DNA of 32,531 bases, taken from an uncultured Candidatus Saccharibacteria bacterium. GTDB lineage: Bacteria > Patescibacteriota > Minisyncoccia > Phycocordibacterales > UBA918. Location: contig CAYFXS010000004.1 of assembly GCA_964347215.1 (NCBI GenBank), forward strand, positions 1-32,531, read 5' to 3'. The first letter of the stretch is position 1; the number at the start of each line of letters is the position of its first letter. The position numbers and the translations under genes are program-made. Positions 9,180 through 16,726 of the stretch are shown here, piece after piece. The notes under the pieces are model-generated. The model was not told the DNA's origin, made no database searches, and saw only the letters and a program-made list of their open reading frames with translations.

Positions 9180-9283
9180 TTAGGAATCCTTCCTGTTTTT
9201 TGTTTCGTATACGGACCCAAGTCCAGATCAGCAGTGTACAAGAATTTCTACAAAAAGCCACATCTGTTAAACTTTGAGTGATT

Positions 9284-9874
9284 ATGGAACTAGACTACAA
9301 AACAATACTTGGAGCCTTGGCAGCAATAGTAGCTGTAGTAAATTACCTACCCTACTTAATTGGTGCCATTCGCAAAACTCTTCAGCCGCACGCTTTCTCT
9401 TGGATCATCTGGACCCTGATGACCAGCATTACTTTCGTGGCTCAAATCACAGATCAAGCTGGACCGGGTGCCTGGGCGACCGGAGCAACAGCCATTACTC
9501 TTTTTCTAGTGGCAATTTTTGCTGTCAGAAACAGAAGTTACAACATCACTCTCTCCGACAAATTAAGTTTTATCGGAGCTCTGGCCGCCATTCCAGTTTG
9601 GCTAGTGACAGGTAATCCTTTATGGGCGGTTGTAATTGTTGTTGCTATTGAAACTCTAGGCTTCTTCCCCACTTACCGTAAAGCCTTCAGCAAACCTTTT
9701 AAGGACTCGATTTTAGCTTTTTCTTTAACTATTCTTAAATACAGCCTAGCCTTAGCAGCTTTAGAAAATTACACTCTAACCACCACTCTATTCCCAATTG
9801 CTTTAATCATCCTCAGTGTTGGACTGGTAGTTGAATTAGTCTGGCGCCGAAGTGTAGTTAAGAAGCAAATGTAG
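9284..9874 (+). CDS. integral membrane protein (about 6 TM), function unknown
   Basis: Hydrophobic helices occur throughout. The ATG at 9284 is preferred to the GTG at 9278. There is a weak PQ-loop-like feel (LPYLIGAIRKTLQP), not enough for a call. Confidence 0.6.
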   Translation: MELDYKTILGALAAIVAVVNYLPYLIGAIRKTLQPHAFSWIIWTLMTSITFVAQITDQAGPGAWATGATAITLFLVAIFAVRNRSYNITLSDKLSFIGALAAIPVWLVTGNPLWAVVIVVAIETLGFFPTYRKAFSKPFKDSILAFSLTILKYSLALAALENYTLTTTLFPIALIILSVGLVVELVWRRSVVKKQM

Positions 9875-9959
9875 TTGTTACCTACCTTTTTTCATGATTA
9901 AATACATCAGCAGTTAAAGACCGAACTGCTTATGTTTAGGCAAACTAAGGAGAAAAACC

Positions 9960-10166
9960 ATGGGTTGGTTTACTCGCGATACTGACTCGGACAAAGCTTC
10001 GAGTACAGAAAACACTAACAACGCCTCCTATAAGGAGGGGTACGATATGGGAAAGGGTGGCGATCTCATCTCTGACATTGCTCAAGAACTGGGCTTCAAT
10101 GCTCCAGGAACCGCCAACAGCAACTCTTTCAACAATGGATACGAAGCTGGTGTAAAAGATCGCTAA
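9960..10166 (+). CDS. small hypothetical protein (68 aa)
   Basis: Strong SD AAGGAG 7 nt upstream and its own terminator downstream. Confidence 0.6.
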   Translation: MGWFTRDTDSDKASSTENTNNASYKEGYDMGKGGDLISDIAQELGFNAPGTANSNSFNNGYEAGVKDR

Positions 10167-10201
10167 CTAATCTTTTTGGCCGCAAAGGCCAGAAATTGTA
10201 T

Positions 10202-10236
10202 GCGCTAGGATTGGACAGTACCTAGCGCGTTTTTTT
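10202..10236 (+). terminator. rho-independent terminator
   Basis: gcgctagg ... cctagcgc followed by T7. Confidence 0.7.
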
Positions 10237-10320
10237 ATTTACATACTGTGATCCTACGATAATAATCCCGACGTTCAATAAGTTATTTTTTACTATGCTC
10301 CAAAAATATAGCAAAAGCTT

Positions 10321-10339
10321 TTCGATTCCCACAGGGAAT
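10321..10339. repeat. tRNA T-arm/acceptor-derived fragment
   Basis: ttcgattcccac recurs exactly at 10442-10453. tcccacAgggaat matches tRNA-Glu 10534-10546 (tcccacGgggaat). Confidence 0.6.
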
Positions 10340-10480
10340 GATCCTGACGGTCACTAAGTTATTTCATTTCGCTTCACTCATAAAATAACTTGAGCCGCGG
10401 GACATAGCTCACTAGTTCGTAAACTCACATTGCTCCGCTGGTTCGATTCCCACGAAAGCAAAGAAATTTGCTTTCTCTCA

Positions 10481-10535
10481 GATCACACAATACAAAAGAG
10501 CACTCTTGACGAGTGCTCTTTTGTATTGTGTGATC
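10481..10535 (-). terminator. 25-bp perfect hairpin directly downstream of tRNA-Glu
   Basis: gatcacacaatacaaaagagcactc ttgac gagtgctcttttgtattgtgtgatc. The right arm overlaps the last 5 nt of the tRNA. Confidence 0.7.
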
Positions 10536-10602
10536 CCACGGGGAATCGAACCCCGATTTCCAGGATGAAAACCTGGCGTCCTAGCCGTTAGACGATGGGA
10601 CC
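10531..10602 (-). tRNA. tRNA-Glu (anticodon TTC)
   Basis: rc = GGTCCCA TC GTCT AACGGCTA GGAC G CCAGG TTTTCAT CCTGG AAAT CGGGG TTCGATT CCCCG TGGGATC A. Full cloverleaf of 72 nt with no encoded CCA. Confidence 0.9.
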
Positions 10603-10832
10603 GGACGAAATCTACGATTTTGTTCGGTTCCATCGTCGTAGGCGATGTGGACTGAACTGTCTGGGAGACAGTTCAGTTGAGTGCAATATCAGCTCAAAAG
10701 TTAACTTTAAGCGTATTGCAGATACCAGAGTATCCGAACGTGGCCAGAATAATACCAAAAAAAATAAAAAAAGCTAGTCATTTAGACCAGCTTCCCTCTT
10801 AATAACTCTCGAGGTAGAATCGAGTTATAAAC

Positions 10833-11138
10833 ATGCCAAAAAAGACTACTTTCAAATTGGAAACAAAACTGTGGATTTATCCTGGTCATGCCGCCTGGCA
10901 TTTTCTCACTATTCCAAAAATTGAGTCTTCGGCTATAAAGGAATCTTTTGGAGCCAATGCTCGAGGCTGGGGCTCATTACCGGCTGAAGTTAAGGTTGGT
11001 CAAACTAATTGGCGAACCTCTATTTTCCCAGATCGTAAAGCTGGAACCTACCTACTCCCCATCAAGGCCGCTGTACGTAAAACCGAAGGCTTGTTTTCAG
11101 GCGAAGCTGTTAAGTACACAGTCAAAATCAAAATATAG
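10833..11138 (+). CDS. DUF1905-family protein
   Basis: WIYPGHAAWHFLTIP...GWGSLPAEVKVGQTNWRTSIFPDRKAGTYLLPIKAAVRK is characteristic of DUF1905. Confidence 0.7.
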   Translation: MPKKTTFKLETKLWIYPGHAAWHFLTIPKIESSAIKESFGANARGWGSLPAEVKVGQTNWRTSIFPDRKAGTYLLPIKAAVRKTEGLFSGEAVKYTVKIKI

Positions 11139-11170
11139 ACAAACTAAACAATCCACCCTACTATACTGAC

Positions 11171-11659
11171 ATGGATACACAACAAGCTAATGACAACCGT
11201 ACAGTTTACGAATTTATCACTAATAACCCATGCGGAACCATCGCCACTCACGGAGATGAGGGTCGCATCAACCTAGCCAATGTTTTTGCCTACGTTGATA
11301 ATAATTTCTTCCTATACATAGTGACACGACCTGACCACCGTAAAAGTCTAAACATCAAAGAACATCCTCAGACATCACTTATCTTCACTGACCAAAATGA
11401 TGTTACTCAAGTAGAAGTGATCGGTGTTGGTAAGCCAGTTGATGAAACTGAATCTGTAGCTGAACTACTGCCAAATATCCAGGAAGTTTTAACTAGACAC
11501 AAGTCAGCCTACTGGGTACCTCCAGTCTCACAAATTGAAGGCGAAAACTACGCAGTGGTAAAGATCGTTCCAGAAAGCATCACCTATCGTTCATACGCTA
11601 AGGACGGCACTGAGCCCGCTCTAAAAGAAATCTCAGTTCTGTTGGAAGGTTCACTTTAA
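11171..11659 (+). CDS. pyridoxamine 5'-phosphate oxidase-like FMN-binding protein
   Basis: Split-barrel pattern: NPCGTIATHGDEGRINLANVFAYVD...FLYIVTRPDHRKSLNIKEHPQTSLIF. Confidence 0.6.
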   Translation: MDTQQANDNRTVYEFITNNPCGTIATHGDEGRINLANVFAYVDNNFFLYIVTRPDHRKSLNIKEHPQTSLIFTDQNDVTQVEVIGVGKPVDETESVAELLPNIQEVLTRHKSAYWVPPVSQIEGENYAVVKIVPESITYRSYAKDGTEPALKEISVLLEGSL

Positions 11660-11696
11660 TCACTCTCAACCATATACCGTAGTATAATAATGGTAT

Positions 11697-12176
11697 ATGA
11701 GAAACTTTCTTGCGCTCCAAACCATTATTTTAGCTGGAGGAACTTTATACACCTGGTCTAAACTGGTGGTGCAAATTGATAATTTCCTGATGTCCTACGG
11801 AAGCCTTTTACGCTTCCAGAACTGTATCATCCCCAACCCGCTAGTAACAGCTTGTTTTTACGGCTCTATTGCTATGCTGGTGGCTTTTGTGTGGTCAGCC
11901 CGCATTACCTACCGCTACAATGAGCAATCACAGAAGTGGCTCCGCTACCTGCTCTACTTCGGCACAGTTTTTGCAACTGCTGTCTTAGGTTTTGAGTTCC
12001 TGCAATTCTACGATCGGTTGAGCGTTGAGATTAATGCCATCGGCTGTACTCCAGGCGTCCATCCGCTTCGTACACCATGTTTTATTGGTCTACTTTTCTT
12101 CTTGACCGCCAGCATCAATGCCACTGTTTTGCACTACAAATTTAAAACTAACAGACTAGATTCAGACCAAGCTTAG
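11697..12176 (+). CDS. 4-TM membrane protein with paired Cys, function unknown
   Basis: Hydrophobic segments, with Cys pairs in the loops (FQNC...TAC; IGC...TPC). Confidence 0.55.
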   Translation: MRNFLALQTIILAGGTLYTWSKLVVQIDNFLMSYGSLLRFQNCIIPNPLVTACFYGSIAMLVAFVWSARITYRYNEQSQKWLRYLLYFGTVFATAVLGFEFLQFYDRLSVEINAIGCTPGVHPLRTPCFIGLLFFLTASINATVLHYKFKTNRLDSDQA

Positions 12177-12178
12177 AC

Positions 12179-12922
12179 ATGAAATTAATCTCCTTAAACG
12201 TTGAAGGTGAACGCCATTACAGCACTGTCTTGGAATTTCTAGATAAAGAACAACCATACGTAATCTGTCTGCAGGAAGCAGCTGAAAATTATATGTCGTT
12301 ACTGAAAGACATAGGTTATACATGCGAATTTCTACCTCGAGTAAGAAAAAAACAAGAAGGTAACGAATTTATAGATGGTTCAATAATCGCCACCAAACAA
12401 CCACAAACGGCTGAGCCTTATTATTACTATGAGCCGCAAAAAGAGCTAGCATTTGAGCAATTTGACGAACAGTCTGAACGCCTAAAATGCAAGCAAGGAG
12501 TACTACTGTCCTCGCTACAGATAGACAATGTCGATTTTCATATTGCTACCACCCACTTCACCTGGACACCTCAGGGTGAAAAACCAAACCAGGCCCAAAT
12601 AGAAGACATGACAGCTATGTTACAAATCACTTCTGAACTTCCACCACACATCCTGTGCGGAGATTTCAACATACCTCGCGATCACAGCCCGTTATACAAA
12701 CAGTTATTAACTCAATACTCTGACAACATACCCACGGAATACACCAGTAGTTTAGATAAAAATCTCCACCAACTAGGAGATGACCCGACCCTCACGCACC
12801 TCTTTACTGACTTCATGGTCGACTACGTTTTCTCACAAAAACCATACAAAGTCAGTGACGTGCGACTAGAATTTGGCGTTAGTGATCACGCTGCTGTAGT
12901 GGCAGAAATCAATAAGTCATAA
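12179..12922 (+). CDS. endonuclease/exonuclease/phosphatase (EEP) family protein
   Basis: MKLISLNVEG, VICLQE, GDFN and a C-terminal SDHAAV motif. Confidence 0.8.
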   Translation: MKLISLNVEGERHYSTVLEFLDKEQPYVICLQEAAENYMSLLKDIGYTCEFLPRVRKKQEGNEFIDGSIIATKQPQTAEPYYYYEPQKELAFEQFDEQSERLKCKQGVLLSSLQIDNVDFHIATTHFTWTPQGEKPNQAQIEDMTAMLQITSELPPHILCGDFNIPRDHSPLYKQLLTQYSDNIPTEYTSSLDKNLHQLGDDPTLTHLFTDFMVDYVFSQKPYKVSDVRLEFGVSDHAAVVAEINKS

Positions 12923-12924
12923 GC

Positions 12925-12950
12925 AAGGGCGCCCCACGGGGCGCCCTTTT
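12925..12950 (+). terminator. rho-independent terminator
   Basis: aagggcgccc cacg gggcgccctt tt. Confidence 0.75.
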
Positions 12951-12964
12951 GATCTTCAACTCAC

Positions 12965-13180
12965 TCAATCCAAACCGATCTTGCGCTCGACAGCAATCAC
13001 CACTGGGAGTTTATTACTCTTCATGGCTAACCACTTAATCAATTTGAGTAGAGCTGGTCTTTGTACGAAGTCAGGCAACAAGTTGATCCAGTTCTCCGCC
13101 TCAATCAATTCTTCCGTAGAAGGCAGGACATCGACAAGTTGGTACGGCTTCGGTTTTGGTTTCGTGTAGTAAGGATGCAT
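12965..13180 (-). CDS. hypothetical protein (71 aa) downstream of glmS
   Basis: GAGG lies 5 nt before the ATG, 35 nt after the glmS stop. No family recognised. Confidence 0.5.
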   Translation of the reverse strand: MHPYYTKPKPKPYQLVDVLPSTEELIEAENWINLLPDFVQRPALLKLIKWLAMKSNKLPVVIAVERKIGLD

Positions 13181-13215
13181 ATCAACCTCATCTTTGAAAC
13201 CTCCCAGAAAACAAA

Positions 13216-15030
13216 TTACTCCACTGTTACACTTTTGGCAAGGTTGCGCGGACGGTCAACGTTCAATTCTTTATAAATACCAATATAGTATGACAGTAAG
13301 TGCAGCGGCACCGTAGTTACAATTGGCTGCAGAATTGGGTGTACTTTCGGTAGATAAATCACATCGTCAGCCACATTAGCGATGTTTGTATCACCCTCGG
13401 TCGCAAAAGCTAACACCGGCGCCTTACGAGCCTTCACTTCCTCAATATTGGAAATCATCTTTTCGTAAACGTCATCCTGAGGAGCAATTGCAATTACAGG
13501 GAAATTTTCTTCCAACATGGCAATCGGACCATGTTTTAGTTCCCCACCAGCGTAAGATTCAGCGTGGATGTAGGCTACTTCTTTTAGCTTCAATGAACCT
13601 TCAGACGCAATCGGACGGTGAAATTTTCGACCAATAAAAATAGCATCCCGGTAGTCAGCATACTTCTCAGCAATCGCTTTAATTTGATCAACGTTCTCTA
13701 GTACTTTTTCTAACACCTCAGGCAAAGTCTCTAAACCTTCCGCAATTTCCTGACCCTCTTCTTGAGACATACCCTTTTCACGACCAATTAGTAAGGTCAG
13801 CAGCACCAGAACTGTGAGCTGTGAAATAAAAGCCTTAGTCGACGCTACAGCAATTTCCGGACCAGCATGATTATAAACACCAGCATCAGTCTCACGAGCA
13901 ATAGTCGATCCAACAGCATTAACCACTCCTAGACTCAGCAACCCCATTTCTTTTGCTGTACGAATAGAGGCTAGAGTATCAGCCGTTTCTCCTGACTGAG
14001 AGATTGCCAACACCGCACTCTTCTTGTCTGGATGATTGGTTTTATAACGGTACTCACTAGCTAACTCCACTTCCACTGGCAAACCAGCGTACTCCTCCAG
14101 AATATATCGCCCCACCTGGCCAGCGTAAAAAGCTGAACCACAACCAACAATCTGCAACCGATTGAGTGAAGTAAGGTCTTTCAAGACTGATTCTAAGCCA
14201 CCTAACTTAGCACGACCTTTTTCTTTAAGAAGACGCCCCCTGATAGTATTACGGATCACCTCAGGAGCTTCATTAATCTCCTTCAGCATAAAATGGTCAT
14301 AGCCCTGCTTCTGCACTGCTTCCATATCCCACTCTACTTTCTCAGGCGCTTTGTCTTGTTTCTCTCCACTAGTAGTAAGCACCTCATAGCTATCTTTAGT
14401 AATAACCGCAATCTCTCCATCGTCCAGGAAAACCACATCCTTAGTATGCGCCAACAAAGCCGAAGGATCGGAAGCAACAAAGTTACCATCACTACCCACC
14501 CCAAGCACAATCGGGCTACCCATCCGAGCAACTACTATCTCACCCGGATTCTTATCGCTCATCACAGCAATACCATAGGTACCACGCACCCGCTGCAAAG
14601 CTTCTTGCACCGCCTGTCGCAAATCACCGGTGTAAAGTGAGCCCACTAGTTTAGCCAAGACCTCAGTGTCAGTATCAGTTTCAAAAGTGATGCTTTGCAT
14701 CATTAAGCCTTCCTTAATCTCACGAAAGTTTTCAATAATACCGTTATGGACTAACCAAACACTCTCAGACATGTCTTTGTGAGGATGGGCATTCTTCATC
14801 GTTGGTTCACCATGGGTCGCCCACCTAGTATGAGCAATACCGGAAGAACCATTAATGTCTTCGGTAATAGCCTCCGCCAAATTAGCAATCGGACCAACCG
14901 CCTTAACGGAACCATAACCAGGCACATAAATACCAGCTGAGTCATAGCCTCGATACTCAAGAGTTCGTAAACCATCTAACAAAATAGGTTCAGCAGTTCT
15001 AGTTCCAACGTATCCAAAAATTCCACACAT
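13216..15030 (-). CDS. glmS: glutamine--fructose-6-phosphate aminotransferase
   Basis: MCGIFGYVG Ntn-amidotransferase start, two SIS domains, and C-terminal RNLAKSVTVE. Confidence 0.97.
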   Translation of the reverse strand: MCGIFGYVGTRTAEPILLDGLRTLEYRGYDSAGIYVPGYGSVKAVGPIANLAEAITEDINGSSGIAHTRWATHGEPTMKNAHPHKDMSESVWLVHNGIIENFREIKEGLMMQSITFETDTDTEVLAKLVGSLYTGDLRQAVQEALQRVRGTYGIAVMSDKNPGEIVVARMGSPIVLGVGSDGNFVASDPSALLAHTKDVVFLDDGEIAVITKDSYEVLTTSGEKQDKAPEKVEWDMEAVQKQGYDHFMLKEINEAPEVIRNTIRGRLLKEKGRAKLGGLESVLKDLTSLNRLQIVGCGSAFYAGQVGRYILEEYAGLPVEVELASEYRYKTNHPDKKSAVLAISQSGETADTLASIRTAKEMGLLSLGVVNAVGSTIARETDAGVYNHAGPEIAVASTKAFISQLTVLVLLTLLIGREKGMSQEEGQEIAEGLETLPEVLEKVLENVDQIKAIAEKYADYRDAIFIGRKFHRPIASEGSLKLKEVAYIHAESYAGGELKHGPIAMLEENFPVIAIAPQDDVYEKMISNIEEVKARKAPVLAFATEGDTNIANVADDVIYLPKVHPILQPIVTTVPLHLLSYYIGIYKELNVDRPRNLAKSVTVE

Positions 15031-15135
15031 ATAGGTTTTATTAAATTACTTAAAGATTGTAACCTAGATCTCTATATAAACAAATATAGCATATCTGCTA
15101 TATAATACTCACTATCCCCCACAATGGTTTTACAT

Positions 15136-15187
15136 AAAAAAACCGCGGGCGCGCTCTGCAATAAATCAGAGTCGTGCACGCCCGCGG
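15136..15187 (-). terminator. compound GC-rich terminator for the ParB-like gene
   Basis: The minus strand reads ccgcgggcg...cgcccgcgg followed by T7, with an inner stem ctctg/cagag. Confidence 0.75.
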
Positions 15188-15209
15188 TAAATAATGCCAT
15201 CGGCAAGGG

Positions 15210-16370
15210 TCAGCCGATCAATTTGTTGATAACCTTCTGTTCCAGCCGAATACGATCGCCCAGCACTTCATCTGAATACCGAGGTTTTGTTTCGGCCACC
15301 TTACGCATCGTAGCTCCAACCATATCTAACACACCTGCAAAAGATTCAAGATCTTGAGCCACTGCGTTAGATAGACCTTTACTCAGGTTCTTCTCGGTCA
15401 TATCCAACAAGCCAGTTTTATGAAGGTAATTAAACCAATCAATCAACTGTGCTCGTATCCCGACTGGCATTTTTGACGCTTCAGAAGCTGATTCTTCAAT
15501 AGAACCTACACTTGCCCGACCACCATATGGATTGACTTCTGGCTCTTCGCCAGTTCGAACAAACTTTTCTGAAACTGTTGCCTTCCAGCCTTTGCGAGAA
15601 CAAAAGTTGAGGTACGCATGTTGCAAACGATACCTTCTTTCATTGATGGTAGCATTAGGAGACAAAGGTTTTTTATCGCCCAACTCCTTCAGCCTACCTT
15701 CAATATCCAGGTCTTCATCGAACCGAAACTTTCTGCCCAAAGCAAGGGATCCAAGCGCCCCAGCAAAACCATTTGCCATGCGATCACGACGTTTTAGCTC
15801 AGGAGATACACGTTCACGAATCTTAGGACACAAGAAAGTAAGGAAGATCCGATCGGTCACCCACTTACGAGTTCTGCCGTCTCTTCTCATGAGCTCTGAT
15901 ACTTTTTTACCTCTTTCATAATCGCGGCGCAACCGATATCCGATCTCTAACTCAGTCAAATTTTGCCTATGATCATTGAGAACCTCAGCATCTGCGTCAA
16001 ACGCAGCTTCATCTGCATATATTCTGACCTCGACTGGAACTGCATCCACCTTAGCTGCGATGGATGATCTACGGCGGCGATGACCACTAACGATCAGGAA
16101 CGGCAGATGTTCATCGCCAGGTTCGAAAGCTGCCCACGGGGCAAACTTAACCGGAGTAATAATAATCTTCTCTCGAACACCCTGACTGGCAATGCTAGCC
16201 ACCAACTCATCCAGCTTCACAGGATCAATATAGGTCCTCGGCTGATTCGCATAAGGAGCTAAGAGATTTGGATCCAAATAGCCCGTTTTACCATCTACCA
16301 TCCAACTGTCATCAATGACGGCCGGAACTTTCACTGATTCACCACCTGGCAGAATAACTTCATGTAGCAT
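15210..16370 (-). CDS. ParB/Srx N-terminal-domain protein (orphan ParB-like)
   Basis: LDELVASIASQGVREKIIITPV, box II-like IVSGHRRRRSSIAA, and NDHRQNLTELEIGYRL plus an HTH region. SD GGGAGG lies 5 nt before the ATG. No parA is adjacent. Confidence 0.75.
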   Translation of the reverse strand: MLHEVILPGGESVKVPAVIDDSWMVDGKTGYLDPNLLAPYANQPRTYIDPVKLDELVASIASQGVREKIIITPVKFAPWAAFEPGDEHLPFLIVSGHRRRRSSIAAKVDAVPVEVRIYADEAAFDADAEVLNDHRQNLTELEIGYRLRRDYERGKKVSELMRRDGRTRKWVTDRIFLTFLCPKIRERVSPELKRRDRMANGFAGALGSLALGRKFRFDEDLDIEGRLKELGDKKPLSPNATINERRYRLQHAYLNFCSRKGWKATVSEKFVRTGEEPEVNPYGGRASVGSIEESASEASKMPVGIRAQLIDWFNYLHKTGLLDMTEKNLSKGLSNAVAQDLESFAGVLDMVGATMRKVAETKPRYSDEVLGDRIRLEQKVINKLIG

Positions 16371-16483
16371 GCTGACCTCCCATCAATGCATAATATTTGT
16401 CATCATTTTTATTACCAATGTACTAGTTACTAAGATGACCTTAGCGAGTTGAGCAAAATATGTAAAGTTGACACTACATAATT

Positions 16484-16505
16484 ATTAAGGAGAAATTAAG
16501 GAGAA
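16484..16505 (+). repeat. tandem 11-nt repeat attaaggagaa x2
   Basis: Two perfect adjacent copies, each containing AAGGAG. No start codon follows, and a terminator hairpin is 5 nt downstream. Confidence 0.8.
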
Positions 16506-16510
16506 ATACG

Positions 16511-16541
16511 AAAAGACGGCGGCCTTTGGCCGCCGTCTTTT
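16511..16541. terminator. bidirectional terminator
   Basis: aaaagacggcggcc tttg gccgccgtctttt. Confidence 0.75.
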
Positions 16542-16601
16542 ATAGTTCTCTACAATCAAGATTAGTTAAATTGCTGTAGATGCGAGGAAAAGCAAGATTT
16601 G

Positions 16602-16726
16602 GGAATAGCTTAAAATTGAGATGGATACAAGACAAGTAATGAAAAAAGACCCGACTGGGACGGATGCTCCAGGGAGGGTCATTTTTCATTACTTAACGCA
16701 GTAGACGCTCAATTTTAAGCTATTCC
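16602..16726. repeat. nested-hairpin element, copy A (homologous to 28757-28861)
   Basis: 19-bp perfect outer stem (16602-16620 / 16708-16726) that includes the ABC exporter stop codon. Inner stem aagtaatgaaaaaagaccc / gggtcatttttcattactt. Junction motifs are shared with copy B. Confidence 0.75.

Noticed and set aside
8642-9183. Four extra overlapping ORFs in the GC-rich block (8642-8827 +, 8676-9176 +, 8693-9082 -, 8989-9183 +).
   Set aside because: Stop-codon depletion from high GC explains them. Only the 8658-9179 minus frame has an SD and a protein-like sequence.
9274-9615. Alternate-frame 113-aa ORF overlapping the membrane protein gene.
   Set aside because: The other frame (9284-9874) gives coherent TM helices, whereas this one is Ser/His-rich noise.
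10395-10465. Possible plus-strand tRNA (gcgggacatagctca ... ggttcgattcccac).
   Set aside because: There is no complementary 3' acceptor strand, no D-stem partner (GAGC), and the T-stem has 2 of 5 mismatches. I treat it as a tRNA fragment or pseudogene only.
10595-10777. Track ORF of 60 aa overlapping the 5' end of tRNA-Glu.
   Set aside because: It overlaps a confident tRNA, has no SD, and its sequence is arbitrary.
15124-15357. Track ORF of 77 aa spanning the ParB-gene terminator.
   Set aside because: It runs through a terminator hairpin and is antisense to the 3' end of the ParB-like gene, with no SD.
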